Of a DNA stretch of 64,000 nt, positions 51,469 through 64,000 are shown in pieces; the stretch's first letter is position 1, and each line of letters starts with the position of its first letter. A model generated the notes under the pieces. That model did no database searches. It saw only the letters and a list, made by a program, of their open reading frames with translations, and was not told the DNA's origin. Origin of the DNA: an uncultured cyanobacterium (GTDB lineage: Bacteria > Cyanobacteriota > Cyanobacteriia > Leptolyngbyales > Leptolyngbyaceae); NCBI GenBank assembly GCA_963766075.1, contig CAVYAN010000031.1, positions 1 through 64,000 on the forward strand, in the 5' to 3' direction. The translations under genes were made by a program, and so were the position numbers.

Positions 51469-51936
51469 TCAGGTTGTGCAATCAGGTTGTGCCAGTTGTT
51501 GGATCCGAGTGGCAATAGGCGCGGGGACGGGCATCACCGAGAGCCGATTGCCTTGGCGGACGACCAGGAGTTCCTCAGGGGTGAAGTGGGTTCGCAGGGT
51601 ATCTAGGGTAATCAGGTGGGCAAAGGTGTCTAGGTATTCAATTTTGACGGTGATCCAGCGGGGATTGTCCTGGGGCGATTTTTCATCGTAGTACTTGCTG
51701 GTGGCGTCGAATTGCAGGGGGTCGATGACGTGGGTTTCGATGACCTTGGCGAGGCCCACAATGCCGGGGGGACTGGTGTTGGAATGGTAATAGAAGCAAA
51801 TATCGTCGGGCTGCATGGATTTGAGGAAATTGCGAGCCTGATAGTTGCGGACGCCGTCCCAAATGGTGGTGCGATCGCGTTGCAGGGCCTCAATACTGTA
51901 AACATCCGGTTCAGATTTAATTAGCCAGTAATTCAT
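51469..51936 (-). CDS. EVE domain protein
   Basis: YWLIKSEP, WDGVRNYQARN, YYHSN, RLSVMPV. Confidence 0.92.
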   Translation of the reverse strand: MNYWLIKSEPDVYSIEALQRDRTTIWDGVRNYQARNFLKSMQPDDICFYYHSNTSPPGIVGLAKVIETHVIDPLQFDATSKYYDEKSPQDNPRWITVKIEYLDTFAHLITLDTLRTHFTPEELLVVRQGNRLSVMPVPAPIATRIQQLAQPDCTT

Positions 51937-52042
51937 AGAAACGGGTGAGAGGAAAAGGGTTCTACAGAAAGCGATTGCCAAGCAGAATGATGGCCGAGAG
52001 CTCAGAATATTGGCCGAGAGCACCGAGCGCTAACGGTAGAAC

Positions 52043-53065
52043 TCAGTAGCGAATTCTCGGATCAATGTAGGCGTTGATGATGTCGATCGCAATACTGGTG
52101 ACGGCGACGATTGCCGCAAAGAAGACAATAATGCCCTGTACTGTAGGGTAATCCCGTTGGGCGATCGCCCGATACAATCGATTTGCCAAACCGGGCCAGG
52201 AAAAGGTGACCTCGGTGAGAATCGCGCCGCCCAGCAGGGCCGCAAAGGTGAGTCCCAGGATAGTAATCACCGGGATCATGGCGTTTTTCAACGCATGGGA
52301 CACTAGAATGCGCGACTCGGAAATTCCCCGCGCCCGCGCCGCCTCCACATATTCGGACTTCAGAGTTTGCTTAAGATTAACGCGGACAATCCGTTCAAAA
52401 ATACCGCTAATCAAAATTCCCAAGGTGAGGCAGGGTAGGGCCAAGTAGTAGAGGGCGGTGAACAGGGTAGCCAGATTGCCGTGGAGCAGACTGTCTAGGG
52501 TGTAGAGGCCCGTGGGGCCGTCGGGCGGGGTCAGGGTGACAGGAAACCGGGTGCCCAGGGGAAACCAGCCCAGTTGCACCGCAAAAATAAGCTGCAACAC
52601 CATACCAAACCAGAAGAGCGGCACGGAATAGGTGAGGATGCCAAAAATTCGGCCCCCGGCATCGAGCGGACTGTTGGGCCTAGAGGCGGACAGGGTGCCA
52701 ACGGCAATGCCGACGATCAGGGCGATCGCCATGCTGAACACGGCTAATTCCACCGTAGCGGGAAAGAATTTGACAATGATGTCCCACACCAACTTTTTAT
52801 CGGTCAAAGATTCTCCCAGGTTCCCGGAGGCCAGTTTGCCCATGTAGCCGAGGTACTGGAAAAACAGGGGTTGGTCTAGTCCCAGTTGCGATCGCAGCGC
52901 CTCTTTGGCGGCCTGGGGGGCACGCGGCCCCAGCAGCACGTCCACGGGATCCCCCGGCGTAGCCCGCAGGAGCAGGAACACTAGGCTGGTAATTAGCCAC
53001 AGCATCAGCGGGGCCAAGAGAATCCGCGCCAAGATGTAGTAGCGCAACGAGCGAGAGCGGGACAT
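52043..53065 (-). CDS. Peptide/nickel ABC transporter permease (DppB-like)
   Basis: PGDP, LGLDQPL, EYVEAARARG EAA loop, TEVTFSWPG, RDYP. Confidence 0.9.
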   Translation of the reverse strand: MSRSRSLRYYILARILLAPLMLWLITSLVFLLLRATPGDPVDVLLGPRAPQAAKEALRSQLGLDQPLFFQYLGYMGKLASGNLGESLTDKKLVWDIIVKFFPATVELAVFSMAIALIVGIAVGTLSASRPNSPLDAGGRIFGILTYSVPLFWFGMVLQLIFAVQLGWFPLGTRFPVTLTPPDGPTGLYTLDSLLHGNLATLFTALYYLALPCLTLGILISGIFERIVRVNLKQTLKSEYVEAARARGISESRILVSHALKNAMIPVITILGLTFAALLGGAILTEVTFSWPGLANRLYRAIAQRDYPTVQGIIVFFAAIVAVTSIAIDIINAYIDPRIRY

Positions 53066-53251
53066 GGGCGACAAAACCACGAAAAGGGATCAATCGCATC
53101 ATTTTACCGCTGTGGATCCGGGCTGCAACGATGCGGGGAAGATTTTCCGTGGGGCAGTTTCTCCCGCCGGGACTCTCGCCGGGGCGGGCAGCGTGGAAAA
53201 GGCAACGGCCAGGAGACAAGAGCCTTGCGGGCTAATAGACTCCCGCAACCG

Positions 53252-53360
53252 GGCTTCGACTTCGCTCAGCCCTCATCGATCAGCCTGTGGATTGAGCGGA
53301 GCCGAAATCCGCATTCAGCCCTCATCGATCAGCCTGTGGATTGAGCGGAGCCGAAATCCA
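53252..53360. repeat. REP-like repeat with an internal tandem duplication
   Basis: GGCTTCGACTTCGCTCAGCC, then CTCATCGATCAGCCTGTGGATTGAGCGGAGCCGAAATCC twice. Confidence 0.75.
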
Positions 53361-53898
53361 CCGCTGATCGTAGGGGAACTTTATTCTCTGGCAAGTCCCC
53401 AATCGATAACCCTATTGCCCTCTGCCGCCCAATCAAAGGCGCAATATCCCCACGCATGGTTTGCTGACCTCAGTGCATTAATACTTTCTTAAGTATTGAA
53501 TGCCTAGAGAAGAATCACCAAATCCAGCCTCTTCAGATCTTATTTTTAAGGTGTTATTCACGAGATCCGTTAAAACAGGATTTTGTAAATTACGACACTA
53601 AATTCCTTGCTCCCTGGCCAAAAGCGATCGCTAGCAATGAACTCTTAATGAACCCAGATTGCCAATCCGCCAGGATCCACACATAATGATAAGAGGAGTA
53701 TATAAATGAGATGTTACAAGAATAACTGTTAAGAATTAGTGTGAAAGTTAAATTCCCGATCAAATTCTTGAAATCGGTGTTAGATATCCTCATTCATTTT
53801 TGATGGTTCGTAAAATCATTTTGTAAAACCTCGATTCTGCGATCGCTGCGGTTGATCTTCCGGCTCTATCCCCCATTTCAAATCCCTCAATTAAAATT

Positions 53899-54111
53899 AT
53901 GCTTACGGCCCTTGATTCTCCTAAAACCCTACTTAAAGACACTGTTTTAACGGTGTGTTGCCCCAACTGCGGCAGCCCCGCTGAACGCCACCACGTCCAT
54001 ACTCAGAACGTTACCCGGACCCAATGTGCTCGCTGTGATTACCTGATGATTACCTGCGCCCAAACCCATCGCGTCATTGAAGCTTACGCGCCGGGACTTT
54101 ACATCAGATAG
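53899..54111 (+). CDS. Small zinc-ribbon protein
   Basis: CPNCGS and CARCDY, VIEAYAPG. Confidence 0.75.
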   Translation: MLTALDSPKTLLKDTVLTVCCPNCGSPAERHHVHTQNVTRTQCARCDYLMITCAQTHRVIEAYAPGLYIR

Positions 54112-54187
54112 CTGATGGCCTGACAAAGCCTGATCCATAAAACTCCAAATGGCTAGAAACGTGAGGTTATCGCGCACCCTCAGAAGC

Positions 54188-54267
54188 CCCTCCCCTAGCC
54201 GCTCCCCGTAGTGGAGAGGGGCGCCTAGACAGTCCCCTTACCTTGTAGGGAGGGGGACTTTGGGGTA
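54188..54267. repeat. C-rich/G-rich dispersed palindromic repeat typical of cyanobacterial intergenic DNA
   Basis: CCCCTCCCC...GGAGAGGGG and GTCCCC...GGGGGAC hairpins between convergent genes. Confidence 0.55.
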
Positions 54268-54362
54268 AGTCTGAGACCATCTTGGGCAACTACCCAGGGA
54301 ACAATCGGCGATTCGATTGTGGACAAGACTTTTCCGGTGTTCTTACCAGCCCCGTTAGCCGA

Positions 54363-57300
54363 TTACGGACAGACTGCCACAGGGGATTGAACCCCGGTAA
54401 ACTGCAAAAATCCTGCTGGAGCAACAAAGGTATTGCTTGCAAATACGCCAAATAGATTTGCCCCTGTTAAGGATAGGGTATTTGCCGGAACGTTCACCGC
54501 GTTGACAAATAAGATGTTGTTGACCGTGTTCCCGCTCACATTCAAACACATGAATTGGGAACTGCCAGGACTGGCGGTGGTTTGTGCCCCAAAGCTGGTA
54601 GCAGTGTTGCCGGTAAGAGTATTCTGCTGAATATTGGCTGAGAGCTGGGGTGTTCCTAAGCCAACTAGGCTAGCGGTACTCAAATCAATACCGCGCACTC
54701 TATTGCCAGTAATGGTGTTGCTGCGGATCGCCAGATTCGCCTGACTGCCCCCGCGGACCCCAACCTGAACACCATTTTGACCATTGCCGATAATGGTGTT
54801 GCTGCGGATCGTTCCGGTGAGCCGGGCCGTAACTGGATTTAGGATCGGAACCGCAAGCTGACCCAGACGAATATCAATGCCTTCGTCGCCATTGCCGCGA
54901 ATCGCATTGTTTTCAATCAGCACGTTGTTGACGATCGCATCCTGTTCCAAGCCGATCGCGATCCCATCGCCGCGCACCGGAGCAGCACCGCCGTTGTTTT
55001 CCAGGATATTGCCGGTAATCGTAATGGTGGAGGTAGACGGAGTTGTTGTTTCCCCGGTTCTGCCAGCCAGTCCCAGCAAGATGCCGTCATTGAAGTTATT
55101 GCGCACCTGGTTGTTGGCCAGGGTCAGGTCCAGTTGCCCGGAGAAATTCGCCAAGGCAATTCCCTGACCGCTATCCGAGGCGGGTGGGGTGGGCGAGAGG
55201 GCACCCGCGATCCGCTCAATTGTGTTGCCCGTCACGTTAACCGTGCCATTGACATTGAGTAGCAGCAGTCCCTGTCCGGTGGGAAAGATGAGGACGGCAG
55301 GTCCAGTAGCAGTGGGGTTAGCGATCGCCACGTTGCGGGTGACCACATCGCTGATCTGGTTGTTGGCGATCGTCGGGGTGCCCGACGTTCCCGTAATCAC
55401 CATGCCCTGATTCACCGTGTTCTGGATTGCGTTGTTAGACACCGTGGTGGTGCCAGAGGCGGCAGCAACTGTCACCCCCTGTCCCCGGACGTTGCTAACC
55501 GTATTGCGGCTCACATCCAGCGTGTTGTTGGCTCCAGCCACCACAATCCCTTGGCCAGTCGGCACGGCGAGATTGCCCAGAGCCGGAACGGTGACCGTGA
55601 AATCATTACCAACCGTGTTGGAAACTGTATTGTTGGTCACGGCAGCAGGTCCAGTGGCGTTCAGGAGCACGATGCCCTGGGTTCCAGTCCCCGAAACGGT
55701 GTTGCGTTGGATGTTCGCCGGGCCGGTAACCGACGACACGACAATGCCTTGACCGCTAGGCAAGGGAATGATGCTGCCAGGATTGGGAATCGTGGCTGAA
55801 CCAAGGGTGATGTCGCCCGTAATCGGATTGGCGATGGTCGTGGTGCCCGCGATCGTGTTTGTGACTGTGTTATCTGCGATCGTGGTTGTGCCCACATTTT
55901 GCAGGAAAACGCCCTGATTGCGGGCGGACGTAATTTGATTGCGCAACAGCGTCGCATCGCCTACCCCGTTGCCAAGAATGCCGTTGCCTGCAGTATTAGC
56001 GACGAAGTTATCCCGGACCTGGACCCGGCTAACGTTATTGAAGGTGACGCCTGCTCCAGTTGCACTGGTGATCGAGAAGCCCGACAGCACCGTGTTGTTG
56101 CCCATCGTGACCGTGCCCGTGACGGACGGAAAAACCCCGCTGCCAGAGAGCGGCAGTTGATAGGATGGAAAGAATTGCCCGGAGATCGTCGCCGGCACGA
56201 GTTGAACAGGACCCGTCGAAAGCACCTGGACGCGATCGCGAATGGTGAACGCCGGAATGCCTGAATTGGTCCCAGCTTGAACATAGACAATGTCGTTGCC
56301 GTCCGATCGCGTTGCATTCAGAGCGGGTTGTACCAATCCAAAGGGAGTCTCGATCGTCCCATTGCCGCCGTTAGCCCCCAGCGTGACGTGCTGGAAAAAA
56401 TAGGGCTGACCGGTGGCTGGGTTGGTGAGGATCGTGTCGATGAATGGGCTACTGGTCAGTTCAACCTCGCGCTGGCGGTCGATCGCGATCGCGTTAATCC
56501 GGTACGGCATCTCACCCAGACGCGCCTGCACCGATTTGGGATTAGCCCCTTTGGAATAGCTGTTCGGAAAGGCGAGGGCGATCGTCCCGAATACATTCGT
56601 GCCAAAAATGCCATCGTGCTGAACGGTCAATCCCAAAGTGAGACCATCCAATGGACGGGCTTCCAGTCTGCCCCGCACACCCACCGAGCTATCATCAGCA
56701 GACAGGTAATACAGTCCCCCATAGCCACGCAGGTCGCCGCCATTTCCAAGCGGCAATACCCTACCACCCGCTTCCAGATCAAAGCCCGCCATGGCGACTT
56801 CAAAATCCCGGATGACCTGTCGCTGTCGGAGTCCCGATGCCCGTAGAAAGTGGTCTTCAAAGCGAAAGCTGTTGAGCTGAGTGCCTGTATCGAAGATCCG
56901 TTCACTCCCGATCTGGCGCGCATCACCAACCGGGATGTAGGCATTCAGCCGCGCATCCCAACCGTCTCCCAGCGTCTCGAACCCAAGTCCCAATTGGGAA
57001 AAGAGATTATTGCCCGTATCGCGAGTGTCGTAGCCGAGATAAGCACCATGGATGCGGTTTGCGCCCGGATTGTAGACGCGATAGCCGAGCAGCAGATTGC
57101 CGCCCAAGTTCGCGTCGTTGTCCAGCAGGAGTCGCCCAACGAGGTAAAACAGGTCTTGCCCGGGCGTTTGCTGCAGCGGAATAAATCCCTCAAAACTGCC
57201 GAAGCCGTCGTATCCGCCCCCGGATGAGCTGTAGCTAACACTCGCCCTGGCAGGAATCGGTAGGTTAGTGGTGATGGAGACGGCTGGTTCATCTGCCTGA

Positions 57301-57440
57301 GCCAGATCTGCCGCTTGGGTGCGAACTGAAGCGTTCGCTGAAGCGGTCTGCGCGATCGCCCGCTCACTCACGAACCCAACCAGCGCGATCGCCGATAATC
57401 CCCCCATCCATTGCTGCCACACCCGTAATTTCACAGCCAA
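54363..57440 (-). CDS. Outer-membrane protein: inverse-autotransporter-like beta-barrel plus right-handed beta-helix passenger
   Basis: Signal peptide; GGNLLLGYR, GAYLGYD, SQLGLGFE, NAYIP barrel strands; GNGTIETPF; repeated GI..N.I..N turns. Confidence 0.7.
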   Translation of the reverse strand: MAVKLRVWQQWMGGLSAIALVGFVSERAIAQTASANASVRTQAADLAQADEPAVSITTNLPIPARASVSYSSSGGGYDGFGSFEGFIPLQQTPGQDLFYLVGRLLLDNDANLGGNLLLGYRVYNPGANRIHGAYLGYDTRDTGNNLFSQLGLGFETLGDGWDARLNAYIPVGDARQIGSERIFDTGTQLNSFRFEDHFLRASGLRQRQVIRDFEVAMAGFDLEAGGRVLPLGNGGDLRGYGGLYYLSADDSSVGVRGRLEARPLDGLTLGLTVQHDGIFGTNVFGTIALAFPNSYSKGANPKSVQARLGEMPYRINAIAIDRQREVELTSSPFIDTILTNPATGQPYFFQHVTLGANGGNGTIETPFGLVQPALNATRSDGNDIVYVQAGTNSGIPAFTIRDRVQVLSTGPVQLVPATISGQFFPSYQLPLSGSGVFPSVTGTVTMGNNTVLSGFSITSATGAGVTFNNVSRVQVRDNFVANTAGNGILGNGVGDATLLRNQITSARNQGVFLQNVGTTTIADNTVTNTIAGTTTIANPITGDITLGSATIPNPGSIIPLPSGQGIVVSSVTGPANIQRNTVSGTGTQGIVLLNATGPAAVTNNTVSNTVGNDFTVTVPALGNLAVPTGQGIVVAGANNTLDVSRNTVSNVRGQGVTVAAASGTTTVSNNAIQNTVNQGMVITGTSGTPTIANNQISDVVTRNVAIANPTATGPAVLIFPTGQGLLLLNVNGTVNVTGNTIERIAGALSPTPPASDSGQGIALANFSGQLDLTLANNQVRNNFNDGILLGLAGRTGETTTPSTSTITITGNILENNGGAAPVRGDGIAIGLEQDAIVNNVLIENNAIRGNGDEGIDIRLGQLAVPILNPVTARLTGTIRSNTIIGNGQNGVQVGVRGGSQANLAIRSNTITGNRVRGIDLSTASLVGLGTPQLSANIQQNTLTGNTATSFGAQTTASPGSSQFMCLNVSGNTVNNILFVNAVNVPANTLSLTGANLFGVFASNTFVAPAGFLQFTGVQSPVAVCP

Positions 57441-57687
57441 ATCTTTCCGTAGAAGTACAGAGATTGCGTAGTCATATCAAAATGCGATCGCTCTGTCAAT
57501 TCAATGAATCAGTTATTGACGCCGCGAAACCCACGGAAGTCACATGCGATGACCTCAGCCCGATTTAGGATAAACGGAATGCCGTGTTATTAGAAGATTT
57601 GTTAATATTCGGGACCGGGGGTTGTGGCACAACAACCCCATTAAGACCTCTTTTCTGCTGCCTCGGCATGTGGAGTCATGATGCACC

Positions 57688-58734
57688 CTACATTTTTGAT
57701 GCGCGCAATTGTCCACAGGCCGCATCAGCCGACATGCCTCGCGTTTGGCGAACGCTGACGGCAATGTGCTGGGCCTGCAACGCCTCCACAAACGCTTGCA
57801 CCCGGCGCGGATTGGGCCGTTTGTAATCGACTTCGCTAATCGGGTTGTAGGGGATCAGATTGACATGGCTTTGAAAGCCTCGCAGATGTTGCGCGAGTTC
57901 CAGCGCGTGATGCGGGCAGTCATTTAGCTCCGCCAGTAAAATATATTCAAACGTGACCCGGCGTCCGGTCAGCCGCACATACTCCCGGCACTCATCGAGT
58001 AAATCCTCCAGGGGATAGGGATGGGCGCTGGGAATTAGCTGCTCTCGCACGGCTTGATTGGAGGCGTGGAGGCTGACGGCTAGGGTGGCCTTGAGTTGAT
58101 GGTTGGCTAGACGGGCAATATGGCCCGGAATGCCGACGGTGGAAATGGTGATGAAGCGGTTGCCAATGCCCACGTCTTGATTCAAGCAGCGCACAGCGGC
58201 CAAAACGTTATCGGTGTTTAGCAAGGGTTCGCCCATGCCCATAAATACGACGTTGGTGACGCGGCGCTGAAAGTCTTCTTGAACGGTCAGCACTTGATCG
58301 ACAATTTCGTGGGTTTCTAAATTCCGAATAAAGCCGCCTTTGCCCGTGGCACAGAAGTCGCAGGCCATGGGGCAACCCACCTGGGAGGACACACAAACCG
58401 TTAGCCGCTCGCTTGTTGGGATGCCCACGGCTTCGATAATGTTGCCATCCGCTAGCCTTAGCAGAAACTTAACGGTTTTGTCTGGGGCTTGCGATCGCAG
58501 GTGCACCTGCGATCGCCCGATTTCTGTGCCATCGAATTGCTCCCGCCACGTCTTGGGAAACACCGTGATGTCTTGGAGCGATCGCGCACTCTTCTCATAG
58601 ATCCATTGATACAATTGCCCCCCCCGATAGGCGGGCTGTCCTTGCTGCTGCACCCACTCGGTTAGCTCTGCTTTGGTGGCACCCAGCAACGGCTTGGCGG
58701 GAAGTGGAGCAGGAGCGCTGATCGTCAGGGACAT
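57688..58734 (-). CDS. rlmN: 23S rRNA/tRNA m2A methyltransferase
   Basis: [29 protein letters not shown]. Confidence 0.97.
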   Translation of the reverse strand: MSLTISAPAPLPAKPLLGATKAELTEWVQQQGQPAYRGGQLYQWIYEKSARSLQDITVFPKTWREQFDGTEIGRSQVHLRSQAPDKTVKFLLRLADGNIIEAVGIPTSERLTVCVSSQVGCPMACDFCATGKGGFIRNLETHEIVDQVLTVQEDFQRRVTNVVFMGMGEPLLNTDNVLAAVRCLNQDVGIGNRFITISTVGIPGHIARLANHQLKATLAVSLHASNQAVREQLIPSAHPYPLEDLLDECREYVRLTGRRVTFEYILLAELNDCPHHALELAQHLRGFQSHVNLIPYNPISEVDYKRPNPRRVQAFVEALQAQHIAVSVRQTRGMSADAACGQLRASKM

Positions 58735-58890
58735 GGTGAATTGAAAAAAGACTACTTGAGCATCATAGTCCTTCCATTCCCCTTTGTGGTTAGCCCAGCG
58801 GTTGGCCCAATGGTTCGCCCAGTGGTTAGTTCAATAGTTAAACCACTCAGGCTGGGGTCAGCCTACCTGGGGAAACGCCTGATCTGCCAC

Positions 58891-59838
58891 TCACAATACC
58901 GCTGCCCGCATCCGTGCAATGGGAATGCACACCAGCTTACCCAGCCCGGACACATAGGCGCGTTGGTTAAAGACGTCGTACTGGTTATGCTCAATCACAT
59001 CCAGAATTTTGCGGTAGGTCATCAGCGCTGTCCATACGGGGAAACGGGCATCGGGGCTGAGTTGGCCAATGCCTGATTCTGCTGCCGCAAAGAACTTGCG
59101 GGCCCGTTGGATTTGAAATTTCATCAGTTCTCGCCAACGCTCGTCCAACACGCCGTTAAATAGGTCTGCTTCCGTATAGTTGAACAGCGCCAAGTCTTCC
59201 AGCGGCAGATAGATCCGGCCTCGGCGAGCATCTTCGCCCACATCACGCAAGATGTTGGTGAGCTGATTGGCAATGCCCAGGGCGATCGCCTGCTCCGTAG
59301 GGTCAATGCCACCGTCATACCAGGGCGTCGTTTGATTCGTCGTATCCACCCCCATCACCGGCGTGGTCATGAGGCCCACTGTGCCTGCAACCCGGTAGCA
59401 GTAAAGATTCAGTTCCTCGAAGGTGTTATAGCGCGATCGATGTAAATCCATGCGCTGTCCGGAAATCATGTCGCGAAATGGCTGAATATCAATTGGATAG
59501 CGCTTCAACGCATCCACCAAGGCCAGATCGAAATGATCCGCCGCCTTGCCTGCAAATACGCCCTCAACTCGGCGTTCCCAGGCGTCTAAGGTTTCATTGG
59601 TCGTGGTCGCAGCCCGAGGCCCATCCACCAATTCATCCGTACGACGGCACCAGACGTAGATCGCCCAGATCGCCCGCCGCTTTTCCTCCGGCATCAACAA
59701 CGTGCCGAGGTAAAACGTCTTTGAGTATTTCGCGGTAATCTGGCGACATACTTCATAGGCATCCTCTAGGGAGGCTGACGATTTTACGCAAGACTCTTCC
59801 GGCAACTTCAGCATGTCCTTGAGAACGCTTGGCGACAT
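58891..59838 (-). CDS. crtB: Phytoene synthase
   Basis: SKTFYLGT, RRTDELVD, YCYRVAGTVG, NQLTNILRDVGED. Confidence 0.96.
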   Translation of the reverse strand: MSPSVLKDMLKLPEESCVKSSASLEDAYEVCRQITAKYSKTFYLGTLLMPEEKRRAIWAIYVWCRRTDELVDGPRAATTTNETLDAWERRVEGVFAGKAADHFDLALVDALKRYPIDIQPFRDMISGQRMDLHRSRYNTFEELNLYCYRVAGTVGLMTTPVMGVDTTNQTTPWYDGGIDPTEQAIALGIANQLTNILRDVGEDARRGRIYLPLEDLALFNYTEADLFNGVLDERWRELMKFQIQRARKFFAAAESGIGQLSPDARFPVWTALMTYRKILDVIEHNQYDVFNQRAYVSGLGKLVCIPIARMRAAVL

Positions 59839-59845
59839 ATTCCCT

Positions 59846-61300
<1,455 letters not shown>

Positions 61301-61318
61301 TTAAGACTTTTCAATTTA

Positions 61319-61343
61319 ATTATACGTTACAAGACGTTACATC
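61319..61343 (-). promoter_or_regulatory. pds promoter: TATAAT -10 element abutting an HLR1-like (RpaB) direct repeat
   Basis: GTTACAAG-AC-GTTACATC at 61326-61343; ATTATA at 61319-61324. Confidence 0.55.
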
Positions 61344-61353
61344 GCTCTTTCTC

Positions 61354-63323
61354 CTACAAACTCTGCGGAATTTCCGCTGTTTCATCGCCCGAGGGGGTGG
61401 TTTCGCCCAATGGGAGATCGGGCTGCCGATTCCGCTGCTGTAACTCTTGCAGCGTCGGAACTTTTACGGTGGCGGCTTTTTCCTGTAATTGGGCAGCTTT
61501 TTCCTGAAGTTCAGCCGCTTTCTGGCGGAATCGTTGCATCAAACCGTCTAATTTAGAGGGTTGAGAGGGAAGGGCAGGCTTTTCAATTGGGGCGGCCTCG
61601 ACTTTTTCAGATGATGGGCTGGGCTGGAAGCGCTTTTGAAACCGGGATAGGGCGGGCGTGGGATTAGAATTGCTGGGGACCTCAATCGGGTCAGGAGGTG
61701 TGATGGGTTCGGGCTGAACTGGCTTTTGCACCGGATCGGGCTTAACGAGATCGGGCTTAACAAGATCGGGCTTAACGGACTCGGATGGGGCCGTTCTCTG
61801 AAATCGATTGAAGAATTCGGGCTTTTTGAATTTGGCTTTTTGGGATGTGGGGGATTCGGGGGATTCTGAGGGCACGATCGCCTCTCCTGCCGCCTCTCCT
61901 GATGATTTAGAAGGAGGCCCTAGCTCTGTGGGCACCGATTTTGGCTTTGCAGCAGGTTGAATTTCCTTAACAGGCGCAGCCATGGGTTCTTTCGTGAGAG
62001 TTTGATTCTTAGAGGCTTCCTCCTCGGGGATTTCTTTCTCGGGCTGATTGGGTGCGATCTTCTTCTCAACGTTCGGCTCCGGCGTGACGCTTTTCGGCTG
62101 TGCCTTAGGGCGCAGCAAACTGGGACGCTTGGCGGCCTTGGGTTTAGGGGCGATCGCTGCGGGTGACTCCACGGGACTGGGCGAAGGACTTGGGGCTGGG
62201 GCCACATCCTGGAAGATTTTCCCAGGCATCGCCTTTGGCGCAGGCTCGGGGGCCATGACGGGGGCTGGCATAATTCCAGGGACGCGGTCGAGGGCGGGTG
62301 GGACAACCGGGACTGATTTAGGTTCCGGGCTGGGGACGGCTACGGGTTCTGGGTCAGGAGCGGCTATGGGTTCTGGCGGAGGCGTATAGGTATAGGTTGG
62401 ATCGGCGATCGCCCGAGCCTCCTCCAGGGATACCTCGCCCCGCACAATCCGAGAGAGTCCGTCTTGGCCCTGCGGCTCCCAATTAATCAGTCGTGCCGTA
62501 TTACTAAACACGTTATTGAGCGGATTGCCGTTTTCATCGATGTATTCCAACTTCACCCAATTTTTCCCCGGCTTGAAGCCCTTGAGATAGAGGGGCTCCC
62601 ACTGGTCCAACACAAAGTCATCGCCATTGACCGTCACCCGAATCCGCCAGTCGGGAATATCATCTTTGGTGTCTTCCTGTGCCACCAGATGAAAGGCGCG
62701 TTGGTCAGATAAAAATCCAGCAGAATTGGCTCTGCCCCATAGGTTCCCTGGGGCCGACTGTAGGTGAGTAAAGGCGGCTCGAAATCAGGATGGTTTTCGT
62801 CGGTTTTGGTAAAGACGTGAAAGGTGACCTGGGCATAGGCCCCTTCGTTCTTAAAGCTTTCGTGCCAGGGGCGCGAGGCAAAGGCCCGCAAGGTATGGGT
62901 ACCTGGAGACAGGTCCGGGAGTATCAGGGGCTGTTTCACGTCATAGACGGCCTGATAATTCTGGTTGTCCAATAGGACATGGAGATGCGGGCCTAGGCCG
63001 AATTTCTCGTTTTTAAAGATCGGTAAATCCTTAACTTGGAACTGCACAGCTACTGTATTGTCTTGCAGAACCTCGTTAGACTTTGGGCCTAGGATTTTAA
63101 TCTGAGGCTGGTTGTCCTCAAATTCAGCCTGCAAGTCTTGAATCAGTTGAGGGGCAGCCACTTCGGTAATTTTGCCCGCAAGCTTGGCGGGATTCCGGGG
63201 CGCGGCGATCGCCACCGCAGGGCCACTGCGATCGCCCCAGCCGTCAGGCCCCAATCCACTAATCAACACCACCATGAGTAAGACCTTCACCATGGCCTTC
63301 ACCATGGGCCGCCACTGCATCAT
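61354..63323 (-). CDS. Conserved cyanobacterial exported protein with a long Pro/Lys/Glu-rich tail; frameshift near 62692
   Basis: GLGPHLHVLLDN, GTHTLRAFASRPWHESFK, LDFYLTNAP, continuing as HLVAQED in ORF 62685-61354. Confidence 0.7.
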
Positions 63324-64000
63324 TCCCCGCACAGAGCTTCCTCCCTATCAATCAACTTGAGGACTTGCAACCTAGGGAACTATAGCCGAATCCCCAGGCG
63401 AATCTCCGCGATCCCAGATTATTTTCTGGAATGATCCCCGCCGCCCTTAAAGCGATTTGTTACCCCGGGGGTAGAATTATTACCCTTTGTATCGAAAGAT
63501 TTCCGAAAAGATAAAGAGATGCGGCGATCGTGGCATCAAAAATCATCGCAATTCATGATCGACTTTTTCTCTGCAACCCTTGATTGTGGCGAAGAATCAA
63601 GCTCACCATAGGTTTTGTCTATCGTTTCGTTTTGTAAGCACAATGGCTCAAACCCTTGACTTTTGCATTTGCGCTCAAATCCTGAAACCTTGATGGGTGC
63701 TGGATCTGCGCTTTTTGAATTATTGTTAACAGCCTTCCAGCCCATGCCAGCCCAAGCCCTATAATGACTCGTTGAGAACCCCTACCGGGCTGAATGCACT
63801 GCTCCACCAGCGTTTCTGTTCTTGGAGGTGTGCTTGATCCAGTGCTAGAGTCATGCGCTCAAACGCTGAAAGCCATAGCTGTACGGCGATTCGGGAATTA
63901 TTCATCCTGTTTGCATCCGTCGGGCAGTGAAAAGCTAGGTCAAAGCTGGTAGTGGGGGATTCCTCGTTCCTTGTCTAGAGAGAGGAGAGTCTCAATGACA

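Noticed and set aside
63340..64000. Short ORFs at the right edge
   Set aside because: No recognisable motifs; probably intergenic or a fragment needing flanking sequence

Overview
Cyanobacterial chromosome segment: the HIP1 octamer GCGATCGC is abundant and core cyanobacterial genes are present (group-2 sigma factor, nadA, guaB-Yfr1-trxA, nrrA, nadC, argS, sphR-like regulator, ftn2/zipN, pdhA, tRNA-Leu(CAA), rlmN, pds-crtB). Two accessory regions stand out. (1) 1-6511: an HPPD/VOC-like gene divergent from a single-module NRPS (partial C-A-T-TE) whose A domain lacks the amine-binding Asp, followed by an LpqC-type esterase. (2) About 31800-38000, next to the tRNA-Leu 3' end: a decayed integron not visible in the ORF track. 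It has an intI pseudogene, an attI core, one intact and one IS-truncated attC, and three cassettes (GNAT, CHAT caspase-like, DUF3592). It also carries a nested pair of ISKra4-type elements and two unexplained repeat arrays flanking intI. Several single-base frameshifts, including one in the essential gene argS, most likely reflect sequencing/assembly errors. All family assignments come from motif recognition by eye, with no database searches.
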